Source: Malacoraja senta
Taxonomy: Eukaryota
Direction: 5' to 3'
NCBI GenBank assembly: GCA_038087875.1
Contig: CM075991.1
Location: forward strand, 9,550,001-9,614,000
DNA: 64,000 bases
Numbering within the stretch: the first letter of the stretch is position 1; every line of letters starts with the position of its first letter. The notes beneath the pieces are model-generated. The model did not search any database. It was not told where the DNA came from and saw only the letters and a program-made list of their open reading frames with translations. Positions 26,664-39,370 of the stretch are shown one piece after another. A program made the position numbers and the translations under genes.

Positions 26664-27980
26664 GTAAGTGTGCTGGGGATGGGAATACTGTTGGGAATCT
26701 CGGGGCAGTGTCTGTGCTGGCGGAGGGACAGGGTGGCGCGTTTTAACTTACACTGGAATATCACAGTCCACAGTACTGTTTGAAACTGACGCTTGAAACC
26801 CGATAGAAGTCACATCTACAGCGCCAGAGACCCCGGTTCGATCCTGACCACGGGTGCTGCCTGTACGGAGTTTGTGCTTTCTCCCCGTGACCTCGTGGGG
26901 TTTCCCCCGGGTGCTCAGGTTTCCTCCCACACGCCGAAGACGTACAGGCTTTCAGGTTAATTTGACTTCGATAAACACTGTAAATTGCCCCTAGTGTGTA
27001 GGGTGGTCGCTGATCGGCGCTGACCCGGCGGGCCGAAGGGCCTGTTTCTATGCTGTATTTCTAAACTAAGCTAAACTAATAGACACAAAAAAATGCTGGA
27101 GGAACTCAGCGGGTCAGGGAGCATCTCTGGAGAAAATGAACAGGTCTCTTGAGACCCGTCTCGACCCGAAACGTCGCCCAATCCTTCTCTCCAGAGATGC
27201 TGTCTCTGTCCCGCTGAGTTACTCCAGCATTTTGTGTCTATCTCCGGGGTAAACCAGCGTCTGCCCTTCCTTCCTAAACTAAACTAATGCCGGACTCACT
27301 TTTCTTTTCTGCTCTAGAAGGCGTGATAAACTGGAGAACATCTTGTTCAATAATCCTCTCGCACTCCCACGCTCCGGTGTCGTTTCCCCATCGTTCATTC
27401 CGATTATCAGAATGTCCTTCTGGTAAACTGACGGCAGCAACACAGGGCGGAGCGAGAGGTCAGTGCGTGCGAAACACTGTCGAAATCGACAGCCCTGTGG
27501 TTGGGATTGAACTGAGCTTTCCGCTTGTTAGGGGAGGGACAAGTAGATGATATGTGGGTGGGGGGTGGAGGGGAAGGGGGAGGGTGGTGGTGAAGGTTAT
27601 AGGGATTGACTTTAAGTGTCAGCTGGAAGTCCACACGGTCCGCGCTTCGGCGAAGAAGGGTCTCTACCCGAAACGTCGCCCATTCCTTCTCTCCAGAGAG
27701 GCTGCCTCTCCCGCTGAGTTACTCCAGCATTTCCTGGCTGTCTTGGGTGTAAACCAGCTTCCTACCCATTTTACTTCCGTGCGCCTTTCCCCCTTCCTAC
27801 AGGACTTTGTTGGCGGTGGGGATAAGCCGGGAATTGGGAAGTGGACCTGTCGATTCCTCGCCAAGCCACCGGGAGGGAACTCGCTCGCCCTCTGCCCTCT
27901 CCACCAGCCGCGCGGGGTCCCAGCGCCGAGTTGGAGGCGTTTCCCTGGAAGTTCCTTGGAAGGCGAGATCTCCGGATGAA

Positions 27981-28893
27981 ATGGGTCTCCTCTCCGAGAA
28001 CAAGAGCTGGGTGGTGATCGTGAACTGCACCTCCTGCGGTCACTCGGTGAACCCCTTCCGGGCCGTGGCTTTGGGGGTGGTGCTGGGCTCCTTCATCCTC
28101 TTCGCGATCTTGGGCAACATCTTGGTGGTCCTCGCGGTGGCTCTCCACAGGAACCTGCAGACGGTCACCAATTACTTCATCATCAACCTGGCCATCGCGG
28201 ACCTCCTCCTCAGCTGCTCCGTGCTGCCCTTCTCGGCCACGCTGGAGATCCTGGGCTACTGGACATTTGGCCGCGTCTTCTGCAACATGTGGGCTGCCAT
28301 GGATGTCCTCTGTTCAACCGCCTCCATTCTGAGTCTGTGCGTTATCTCCATCGACAGGAACATTGGAGTTAGCTACCCCTTGAGACACCCAACTATCATG
28401 ACCGAGAAGAGGGCCCTGTTGACACTGGTGGCGGTTTGGTCGCTGGCCCTGGTGATATCTGTCGGACCATTGTTTGGTTGGAAAGAACCTCCTCCAGACG
28501 ACGAGGCCATCTGCAGGATCACGGAGGAACCGGGCTACGTCTTGTTCTCGGCCTTTGGGTCCTTCTACGCCCCCTTGACCGTCATCCTCGTTATGTACTG
28601 CAGGGTCTACATCGTAGCCAAGCGAGAAACCAAGAGTCTGTACGCTGGGACCAAGAGAGAGAGACTGCGGGCGGACCAAGTTACGCTGCGCATCCACCGC
28701 AAAGACAACCAGGCGGAGAGCTCTCCTCGACTCTCCGAGCACGGCTCCAAAAGCAAAGGCACTCAGATTAAGTCACACTTATCCATCTTGCTTCTCAAGT
28801 TCTCCAGAGAGAAGAAGGCCGCCAAGACTTTGGGAATAGTGGTTGGAGGCTTCATACTATGCTGGCTTCCGTTCTTTGTGGTTCTCCCAATAG
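27981..28893 (+). CDS. ADRA1A: Alpha-1A adrenergic receptor, coding exon 1 (N-terminus to TM6)
   Basis: ATG in gaaATGg context; MGLLSEN...GNILV...LAIADLL...[11 protein letters not shown]...[15 protein letters not shown]...VTLRIHRK...[13 protein letters not shown]...CWLPFF; ends at a G|GTAAGG donor at the conserved alpha-1 receptor intron position after TM6. Confidence 0.95.
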
Positions 28894-28899
28894 GTAAGG

Positions 28900-29294
28900 A
28901 TCGTATAGAAACATATAAAATTATAAAAGGACTGGACAAGCTGGATGCAGGAAAAATGGTCCCAATGTTGGGCGAGTCCAGAACCAGGGGCCACAGTCTT
29001 AGAATAAAGGGTGGGGGGGGGGGTCATTTAAGACTGAGGTGAGAAAAAACGTTTTCACCCAGAGAGTTGTGAATTTGTGGAATTCCCTGCCACAGAGGGC
29101 AGTGGAGGCCAAGTCACTGGATGGATTTAAGAGAGAGTTAGATAGAGCTCTAGGGGCTAGTGGAGTCAAGGGATATGGGGAGAAGGCAGGCACGGGTTAT
29201 TGATAGGGGACGATCAGCCATGATCACAATGAATGGCGGTGCTGGCTCGAAGGGCCGAATGGCCTCCTCCTGCACCTATTTTCTATGTTTCTAT
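28900..29294 (+). mobile_element. CR1 LINE 3' fragment abutting the ADRA1A splice donor
   Basis: [36 protein letters not shown]...[10 protein letters not shown] peptide, CR1 3' UTR and (TTCTATGT)n tail; GTAAGG on both sides. Confidence 0.9.
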
Positions 29295-30071
29295 GTAAGG
29301 GCGCATTTTGTTTCGAGTAGTAAGTTTTGACTGGTGTTGCCGAGGTTAGTGCACGTTGACCATTATATGCATCGCGTAAACTGCACACTGCCCCTATCCG
29401 ACCTTGAGATACCTCGCCTCGGTGTCCAAAACACTCTCATATCTTATCTCGTTATCAGATAAATACTATGTCTGACCGCGGCGCGTAAATCAATTGCGTC
29501 GCCCATTGCCATAAATTCATTCCAATTTGAAACATTGATAGCCAAGACCAAACCAGATCTTGCAGGACAAGGACGATGAAGGAGGGTCTCGACCAGAAAC
29601 GTCACCCATTCCTTCTCGCCAGCGATGCTGCCTGTCCCGCTGAGTTACTCCAGCATTTTGTGTCTGCCTTCGATTTAAACCCGCATCTGCAGTTCTATCC
29701 ACCACATTTGTCAATTGAATGATGAACGCTCGCATTTAAAGAGGCTGATATACCGAGCAGCTACCGTCTGATAGGAATTCGCAGTTGACTTCCAACGTCC
29801 TTGGTACTTACTTCGAAGCACATCATAAAATAGGCCGGTCAACGTGGTTTTGTGATCTTGAGATCTTGCCCGACCAACCTGTTGGAATTCTTTGAGGAAG
29901 TAAATAGCAGGATAGACAAAGGAGAGGCAGTGGGTGTCGAACATAGGCACAAAAAGCTGGAGTAACCCAGCGGGTCAGGCAGCATCTCTGGAGAGAAGGA
30001 ACGGGTGACGTTTCGGGTGGAGACCCTTCTTCAGACTGAGAGCCAGGGGGAAAGGGAAACGAGAGATATAG

Positions 30072-30074
<3 letters not shown>

Positions 30075-30160
<86 letters not shown>
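30075..30160. repeat. (GA)n microsatellite within a Penelope-derived spacer
   Basis: About 40 GA units with one interruption. Confidence 0.95.
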
Positions 30161-33100
30161 TAGAACAGGTGAATGAAAGATATGCGGAAAAGTGACGACG
30201 ATAAAGGAAACAGGCCATTGTTAGCTGTGGGCGAGGTGAAAACAAGTTACAATCCGTGGATGTCATTGACCTGAATATTCAGAAGGCCGTCGATAAGGTA
30301 CCCAGTGAGGCTGCTGAAGAAGATGAGAGTCCATGGTATCCAGAGGGAAGATGCCAGCATGGATAGCAGACAAAATGTGTCGGAAGGAACTGCAGATGCT
30401 GGTTTAAACCGAAGATAGAGACTTAATGCTGTTGTAACTCAGCGGGACAGGCAGCATCTCTGGAGAGAAGGAATGGATGAATGGTCTTGACCAGAAACGT
30501 CACCCATTCATTCCTTCTCTCCAGAGATGCTCTCCAGAGAGTCTATCTCAGCATGGATAGCAGGTTGGCTGAACGGCAGAAGGCAAGGGGTAGCAATAAA
30601 GGGGGTCCTTTTCTGGTTGTCTGCCAGTGACTAGCGGTGTTCCACAGGGTTTTCCACCCCAGCATAAGAGCATCAAAGAGTTGCAGGTCCTTGATGTTTT
30701 AAACAAAAAAAAGGGAAAATGCTGGAACTCCTCAGCAGTTTCTAGGGACAGTGAAATAATGTTAAGGTTTCAGATGGAAAACCTTCTCACCCTGCTGAAT
30801 GTGTCCAGCATTTCCTGTTTTTATTTCTCTTGATGATGTCCTTCATGCAAGCCAAGACAACGCTATATTTGGCCAAACACTATTCCAAATACTAAAATTG
30901 TACGGCTGTCTGAATAAGCTACAACTTTTGTAACATTGTCAGCGCCAAAACATGCTGCCGCTTGTGTACTGCCCAGGTGAGGTCTGCTGCATGATTTTAC
31001 CGGGTTGCATGCCAAACAAAGCACTTCACTGTACCTAGGTACACGTGAGAAGAAAGCATTATTCAATCATTGAAGTGTCCCGACTTGAAACGTCACCTAT
31101 CCATGTTCTCCAGAGATGCTGCCTTACCTGCAGAGATACTCCAGCACATTGTGCCTTGGTTCTACAGCTTGTCTAGTAACATGTCCCGTTAAACTGTGTG
31201 CTAAGCCCTTTCGTTATCTCATTTCTTCTGCTCACTCCATCCTTCTCTAGTCATCTTGTTGTGTCCCGACTTTCTCCAATTCGGACCTACCTGCCTGTTT
31301 GTACCAGTTGCCAGAGTGTCAGCTCTCTAAAGCCACACTGGTGGAGTTTTAAACTCTCTTTCTGTTTTAATCAGTTTTGCTTTTATTTTCTCATTTCAAA
31401 TTTCCCTCTTCTATGTAGTCAGCTAACTCTTCTTGAGGCAGAGGGTGGTGAATCTATGGAACTCTTTGCCACAGAAGGCTGTGGAGGTCAAGTCAATGGA
31501 TATTTTTAAGGCAGAGATAGATAGATTCTCGATTAGTACGGGGTTATGGGGAGAAGGCAACAGAATAGGGTTAGGAGGGAGAGATCGATCAACCATGATT
31601 AAATGGTGGAGTAGACATGATGGGCTGAATGGCCTAATTCTGCTCCTATCACATGACCTTATGTAAAAAATATATATGTAAAATACAGCACACACAGAAT
31701 AGACACACACTACACTCACACATCCTTTGTCACTGCCTGGAACATTAATTCTATTCCTTTTTCCATGGATGCTGCCTGACCTGCTGAGCATTGCCAGCTT
31801 TTTGTTTTTATTTGTCTGATCCAGACTCATTTCTCCTAACCTGTTAAATAAGAACAGCAGAGGTTTGGGCTACAATTACTGAGAGCAGAGTCAGGGAAAA
31901 CCTTGAGATGAATTAAAACTGACAGAATGGAAATTTCAGATAATGACAAGAAGTATTAGCGTTCTGCTGACGAGTCACGTCTGAAGGGAAAAGACTTGTT
32001 AAGCCACCTCATCCTGGAACGATGCTGCCCTGTTGAGCTCGGTGATTTAAGCTGCTGGAGCAATGGAAAATTAATAGACCAATTTCAAGATGGGTCAAGG
32101 TCCATTGACTAAGTGTTGCTGTGGTTAGAATGATGTAAAAAAAGCATTTCAGAAAGTGAAGCATTCAGTCTGGAGGAGCATATGTTGGAACAGCGGGGAA
32201 CAAGGGACAGGGATTGCCTGTTGCCATGTAGGATAGGGAACAAATACAGGAGGCAATTGAAGCCTCACAAAAGCAAGGGATGAACATAACAAAAACATGG
32301 TGTATGCGTGTGTTATATAAATGGGCACATATGCGAAAGTACAATACATCCATTATCTTACGTGGAAATGCAAAACTAAGAGATAAAAGCAAAAGCGATT
32401 AAAACAGAAAGGGAGGTGCAGCTTTAGAGAGTAGCGAGTTTAATTTAGTTCCATTTGAGGATAGAGTGCAGAAACAGGCCCTTCGGCCCATTGAGTCTGT
32501 GCCAACCAGTGATCCCCACACACTAACACCATCCTACACACTAAAGATAATCACAATCTTTTACCAAAGGTAATTAATGCACAAACCTGCTCTCTTGGGA
32601 GAGAGGGGGGAGGAAACCGGAGCACCCAGAGAAATCCAACGCGGTCACAGGGAGCACATGCAAACTCCGTAGGGACAGCACCCGTAGTCAGCATCTAACC
32701 CAGGCCTCTGGTGCTGTAAGACAGCAGCTCTACCGCTGTGCCACTGTGCCACCCATTCTTTTACACACATACATTATCTTGCATGGAGGAACGAAACTGA
32801 AATAAAACCAACACTGCTTAAAACAGAAAGAGGTGTAAACCCCACATGTGCAGCTTTAGAGAGTAGAGTGTCTCTGGCAAATAGTGCAAACAGCTAAGTC
32901 TGAAGAAGGGTCTCAACCCAAAACATAGTCTCTCCATTCCACTCCACAGATGCTGCCTGACCTGCTGAGTTCCGCCAGCACTTTGTTTTTAACTAAATCT
33001 CTGTTGTTCTAAAGTGTGCTTGGTCTTCATGCCTGAAAGAACTTGATCAAATGTCATTGAAGAGATGGATACCTCCTTGCCCGAGGTATATTTCTCCTGT

Positions 33101-36100
33101 TTTTGTGCATTTCATCAATTACTGAGTCTAGCTGCCACAGTGATTGTGGTTTCCAGGGTTATTGAACTCAGTTGGTTAAGGAAACATTGACGCGAGGAAA
33201 TTGTGCAGGTATCCGCACAGTGAGGGAACATAAAAGAAAAAGTGAGTTATTAATGCAAATGTGTAACCAGTCAAGGAAGAGGCAGAGATATCAAGAGCTA
33301 TTCTGTACTGTCAGAGGAAGTCTTGAGATGAATTTAGACTTCACTTCAGAGATACAGCGTGGAAACAGGCCCTTCGGCCCACTGAGTCCGCGCTGACCAG
33401 CGATCTCCCCACACACTAGCACCATCCTACACAACAGGGACAATTTACAGAAGCCAATTTACCTACAAACCTGCACATCTTTGAAGTGTGGGAGGAAACC
33501 GGAGCACCCAGAGAAAACCCACACGGTCACAGGGAGAACATAAAACTCCGTACAGACAGCAGCCATGGTCAGGATCAAAGCCGTAAGGCAGTAACTCTAT
33601 CACTGTGCCACTGTGCTGCCCTTAAAATTGGCAATGTGAACATTTTGGATAATCACCGTGAGTATTATTCAGGCGAGTCATATTTGAGGTGATTGATGCT
33701 GGTTTTCAAGGCAGTTGAAAGGTTGGGACATTTTTATTACTACATTGCAAATTACTGAAGGAATTAACTGTCATTTGACATTGATATCTCAATCAGGTAA
33801 CAGATAGTTTACTCAGCAATGGGGAGCAGCAGAGCAGCAAAATAGAATATCTTTACAATGTAGTTATTCAAATGCGTAATATGTAATGCTACAAGAGGTA
33901 AGTGCACACACAAGGTTCACCTTCACTTAAATGGACATTGGGCGAGTTTATGTAAAGGGAAAATATGATGCAGTGTGGGTTGAAGTTGTACCTGAAAAGA
34001 TGCCACTAATTAAGACAGTGTGTTAGAAGGATGTTCTTTAGATTCCATGGAATTAGTAAAGATTAACATTTCTAAATATTAACAAAATGTTTATACTACT
34101 TTGAACAGAAGACTACAGCATTTGATATTATAATCTGCAAGTAAAAAGCTGTTTATGACAATTTCTCCTCAATTTTTGTTACAGTTCCACAAGCCAACAA
34201 ATCAATAAAAATACTTAGTATGTACGGGCGCTGAATTAGGCATCATTGTATTAGTGCCTTTTGAGAATAGTGATTTTTGGGAATAGTGAGAGAGTCATAG
34301 AGAGAGAAAGAGAGAAGTAACAGCAATATGGACACTGTATTTGTATGGCTTCAGAGACCTTTGAACAAACAAAAACAAACTGACTTTCAGCGCAGTATTA
34401 AGAAAGTGCTGCAATGTTAGAGGACTTTTGAATAAGATTTTAAATCAAAATCTTGACACCGTTAGGAGTTTCTGTGGAGAAACTCAATTAGGCAGATGAA
34501 ACTTTAGGAGAATCCATTAGGATGATGAAGAGGAAGCTGGTTTCACTGATAGAGGTCTAGTGCCTATAGATGGAGTAACTCAACTCAGTTGGCTAAGGAA
34601 ACATAGAAACATAGAAACATAGAAAATAGGTGCAGGAGTAGGCCATTCGGCCCTTCAAGCCCGCACCGCCATTCAATATGATCATGGCTGATCATCCAAC
34701 TCAGTATCCCGTACCTGCCTTCTCTCCATACCCCCTGATCCCTTTAGCCACAAGGGCCACATCTAACTCCCTCTTAAATATAGCCAATGAACTGGCCTCA
34801 ACTACCTTCTGTGGCAGAGAGTTCCAGAGATTCACCACTCTCTGTGTGAAAAAGTTTTTCCTTAAAGGATTTCCCCCTTATCCTTAAGCTGTGACCCCTT
34901 GTCCTGGACTTCCCCAACATCGGGAACAATCTTCCTGCATCTAGCCTGTCCAACCCCATAAGAATTTTGTACGTTTCTATAAGATCCCCTCTCAATCTCC
35001 TAAATTCTAGCGAGTATAAGCCAATGCAAACATTGGTGCGGATCTATTAGGATGAGGAGGAACAAGCTGGTTTCACTTGCAGAGGCTGTGTACCTAGGGA
35101 GTAAGTGTACCTTGATTAGTAAGGGTGTCAGGAGTTATGGGGCAAAGGCAGGAGAATGGGGTTGAGAGGGAAAGATGGATCAGCCATGATTGAATGGCAG
35201 AGTAGACTTGATGGGCCGAATGGCCTAATTCTGCTCCTGGAACTTAGGAACCCTGAAGGAGAGCTCAAGGTTTGAAGTGGCCACTTCAAATGTTAACCAT
35301 CAATGTGTGAAATTGGATTCACCAAATGGGCATGAAAAACAGGATATTTTTCATTAGGGATATTAATGAGCAGTTGAACTTTTCTGCAATGCAATAGGTT
35401 CATGGTCACATTTACCCACCATGGTGCCATTTCCCAGTTTCCAACACCTGAATCCAGAGATTCATATTGCAGAAGTTTGGAAAATAGCAAGCGTGATATT
35501 GTACCTACTGTGATTAAGAGTAAATAGTCACGGACAACACAGGAAAGCTGGGAATTCTCCACAGGTCAGGCTAGGGTGAGAGAAACAGACTCAATGTTTT
35601 AAATTGATGACCTTTCACCAGAGATCAATTTCAGCTATTTGGAGAAACTTACCACTTAAAAAGAATAGATTATTTTTCAAGTGATGTATTCTTTCTAGTG
35701 GGGAAGTGTGCAATTAGTAAATATGAAACACCAATACAGCATCCATTAAATTCTTGTTTAGGAAGGAACTGTTGATGCTGGTTTACACCAAAGGTAGACA
35801 CAAAATACTGGAGTAACTCAGCAGGACAGGCAGCATCTCTGGACAGGAGGGGTGGGTGACGTTTCCGGTCGCCTGTCCAATCCTTTAAGAATGTTATATG
35901 TTTCTTTAAGATCCCCTGTCAACCTTCTAAATTCCAGTGAATACAAGCCCAGTCGACTCATTCTTTCATGACTCAGTTTGAGAAGGGTCACCCATTCCTT
36001 CTATTAAATTCATGTCCTTGTTTTCCTCCAGACTTCACCCCTCTTCCCTTCCTCACTTATTATTTCTGTAACCAACATCATCCTTGAGAACATTCTGGAA

Positions 36101-37172
36101 TCTCGACCTTCCCGGTCACTTGTGCGTTCCTGGTTTTAATTATTCCACCTTTGGAAACAGTCCTTACTGGAAAGAATGCATCCCCTTTGATGTCTTGTTT
36201 TCACACCTTACCTTTCCTTATCTTTGTGTTTCCCTCTCATAGAAACATAGAACATAGAAGCATAGAAAAATAGGTGCACCGCCATTCAATATGATCATCT
36301 AACATCAGTACCCTGTTCCTGCTTTATCCCCATATCCCTTAATTCCCTTCGCCCGAAGAGCTAAATCTAACTCTCTCTTGAAAACATCCAGTGAATTGCC
36401 CTCCACTGCCATCTGTGGCAGAGAATTCCACAGATTCACAACTCTCTGGGTGAAAACGTTTTTCCTCATCACAGTCCTAAATGGCCTAGCCCTTATTCTT
36501 AATCTGTGACTCCTGTCTTCTGGACTCCCCCAACATCAGAAACATTTTTCCTGCATCTGGCATGCCAATCCTTTAAGAATGTTATATGTTTCATTAAGAT
36601 GCCCTCTCATCCTTCTAAATTCCAGTGAGTACAAGCCCAGTCGACTCATTCTTTCATTGAGTTTGAGAAGGGTCTCGACCCGAAACGTCACCTATTCCTT
36701 CTATCCAGTGATGCTGCCTGTCCCGCTGAGTTACTCCAGCTTTTTGTGTCTATCTTCGGTGTAAACCAGCATCTGCAGTTCCTTCCTAAACTAAAAGAGG
36801 TGTCGAAATGTGAAAATTCATAGTTGCCAGCGAATGAATTATAAATAATCATAGTGATTTTGGTGTTTTCAAGTCATGCATTGCAATAACATCACATTAA
36901 TCAATTATGATGAGTGGTGCTTATTCAGTTTGCTGCAGGGCTTGGAGAGGCCATTAATAAAGATGGATTGTTTTAATTCAGCTGGAACCTACAATAGGAG
37001 AGGGTGGAAGAATTAAACAACCAAGAATTTAGACGACCAAAGAGATGGAGACCAAAATAAATCAGAGAACGAAAGATCATATGAAGAGTGCCAGTTGTTT
37101 ACACGAGAGGGAGGCTGGGTAGTCATGGGAGGTTCAAAGGGGAAGTAAAAAAGGAATGAGGAGCATGTTATA

Positions 37173-37570
37173 GATTGAGGGGGGATCTTATAGAAACTTA
37201 CAAAATTATTTAGGGGTTGGACAGGCTAGATGCAGGAAGATTGTTCCCGATGTTGAGGAAGTCCAGAACAAGGGGTCACAGTTTAAGGATAAAGGGGAAA
37301 TCTTTTAGGACTGAGATGAGAAAAACATTTTTTACACAGAGAGTGGTGAATCACTGGAATTCTCTGCCACAGAATGTAGTTGAGGCCAGTTCATTGGCTA
37401 TATTTAAGAGGGAGTTAGATGTGGCCCTTGTGGCTAAAAGGATCAGGGGGTATGGAGAGAAAGCAGGTACAGGATACTGAGTTGGATGATCAGCCATGAT
37501 CATATTGAATGGCGGTGCTGGCTCGAAGGGCCGAATGGCCTACTCCTGCACCTATTTTCTATGTTTCTAT
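37173..37570 (+). mobile_element. CR1 LINE 3' fragment (representative)
   Basis: RGDLIETYK...[11 protein letters not shown]...WNSLP...AGTGY. Similar fragments at about 4615-4900, 14665-14925, 16910-17262, 23745-24025, 34600-35020, 36240-36655 and 57563-57945. Confidence 0.9.
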
Positions 37571-38254
37571 GAGAAGAGTGGTATGGAACGAAATCCAAAA
37601 TTATTGCAGAGCCATGTATGTGAACGTGAAGAGGGTTGTAAAGATGAGACAGAGCTGATCAACATGGTCTTGATTGAAACCATGCATTACCAGACTCAGA
37701 ACCTTTTTTTTAACACAAAGGGTGGTGTGTATATGGAACGAGCTGCCCAAAGAGGAGGTAGTTGAGGCAAGTACCATTGCAACATTTAAAAACCATTTAA
37801 ACAGGTATATGGATAGGATAGGTTTAGAGGGATATGGGCCTAACACAGGAAGGTGGAACTAGTGCAGGTGGGACATTTTGGTCGGTGTGGGCAATTTGGG
37901 CCTGTTTCCATGCTGTACGACACTTGATGTATCAGGCTTCTGAATGGACTTTTCATAAGATAGGGTACAGTTCGATTCATCTCTACCCCAGTGAAGTCAC
38001 TGTACTTTGTCTAAGGAACTGATGCTCGACAATGAGGGAAACTATATTCTGCACTCTGCATCTTCCCCTTTGCTCTATCTGTTGTACTTGAGTCTGAACT
38101 GAATGTATCTACGCGTGGTCTATCTTATGCGTTTGGATAGTGTGCAAAACAAAGATTTTCACCGTACCTCAGTCCAGGTGACAATATTATACCAAGACTT
38201 AAATCTGTGCAGCAAGGGACTGCAAGATAACCGGAAACCAGGTCCTGCTGCATG

Positions 38255-38760
38255 TACTCATGTACATATCCACATATGTACACACACACTCATGCACACA
38301 CTCACGTGTATACAGACGTATGTACATATACACATGTAGGTACACACATGTGTACACACATGTACATATACACACACACACGTAAATACACACACACATA
38401 AATACACACACAAGTACACACTCATGCACACACTCACATGCGTATGCAGACGTACGTACACACACACGTACACACTCATGCACACACTCTCGCCTATACA
38501 GACGTATGTACATACACACATGTGGATACACACATGTGTACACACACACACATGTACATACACACACACACACGTAAATACACACACACGTACACACTCA
38601 TGCACACACTCACATGCATATGCAGACGTATCTACACACACACGTATATGTACACATGTGTACGTACACACACACATGCACACACACGTACGCAGACACA
38701 CACGTACATACACACACATGTACGTACGGACGTGCACTAACGTACACTCACACATACACA
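38255..38760. repeat. Degenerate alternating purine-pyrimidine (CA/TA/CG) low-complexity array
   Basis: Directly visible; contains longer repeated blocks such as TACACACTCATGCACACACTCAC. Confidence 0.9.
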
Positions 38761-39370
38761 CTTCCCCTTTTTCTGAATCACTTCAGTGTCCATTCCTTCT
38801 CCAATCCCCCCTCCAGCTCATATACCCACTCCCTCTCTCTCTCTCTCCCTCTCTCTCACACCCTGCCACCTCTCCTGCAAAGGCTCAGGCCAAAATCCTC
38901 CAAATATATGTAAAGATTCAGAGTTGGTGCTTGTGGACTGAAATAAATTTGAGTGTTGCATCCTTGTTAAGAAAGTCAGCAATATCCAGCCATATTGATG
39001 TTGACGGTAGAATATTTGCAGAGATAGATTCGCTGTCTGTTGGACATTCTTTCTTGACAAAATGTCAGAGGGCTGATGAGGAAAGTGTGGGTCATGTACA
39101 CATGGTATTTTAAAAGGCACTTGATGAGATGCAGCATAATGGGCCTGTCATCTAGAGTAGAAGTTGCAGGCTGGATCAAAAGTGGGCCTTGTAACACGAA
39201 ACAGAGCAGTGGAGAGATGCTGTTTAGTTTAGTGATACGGAAGGGAAACAGGCCCTTCGGCCCATCGAGTCCAGGCCAATCACAGAAGGAATGACTGTGC
39301 AAGATTGTGGGAAAGTAGCGGGTCACAGAATAATGGATTCATACAAAGCAAGATTGTCAATGTCCTATCT

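Noticed and set aside
27807..29042. 411-aa ORF as a single-exon receptor
   Set aside because: The first 58 codons precede the homologous ATG at 27981, and the part after 28893 is intron/CR1 read-through. TM7 is in the exon at 50086.
38199..39113. His/Thr- and Cys/Val-rich ORFs up to 229 aa
   Set aside because: They come from the CA/TA low-complexity array.
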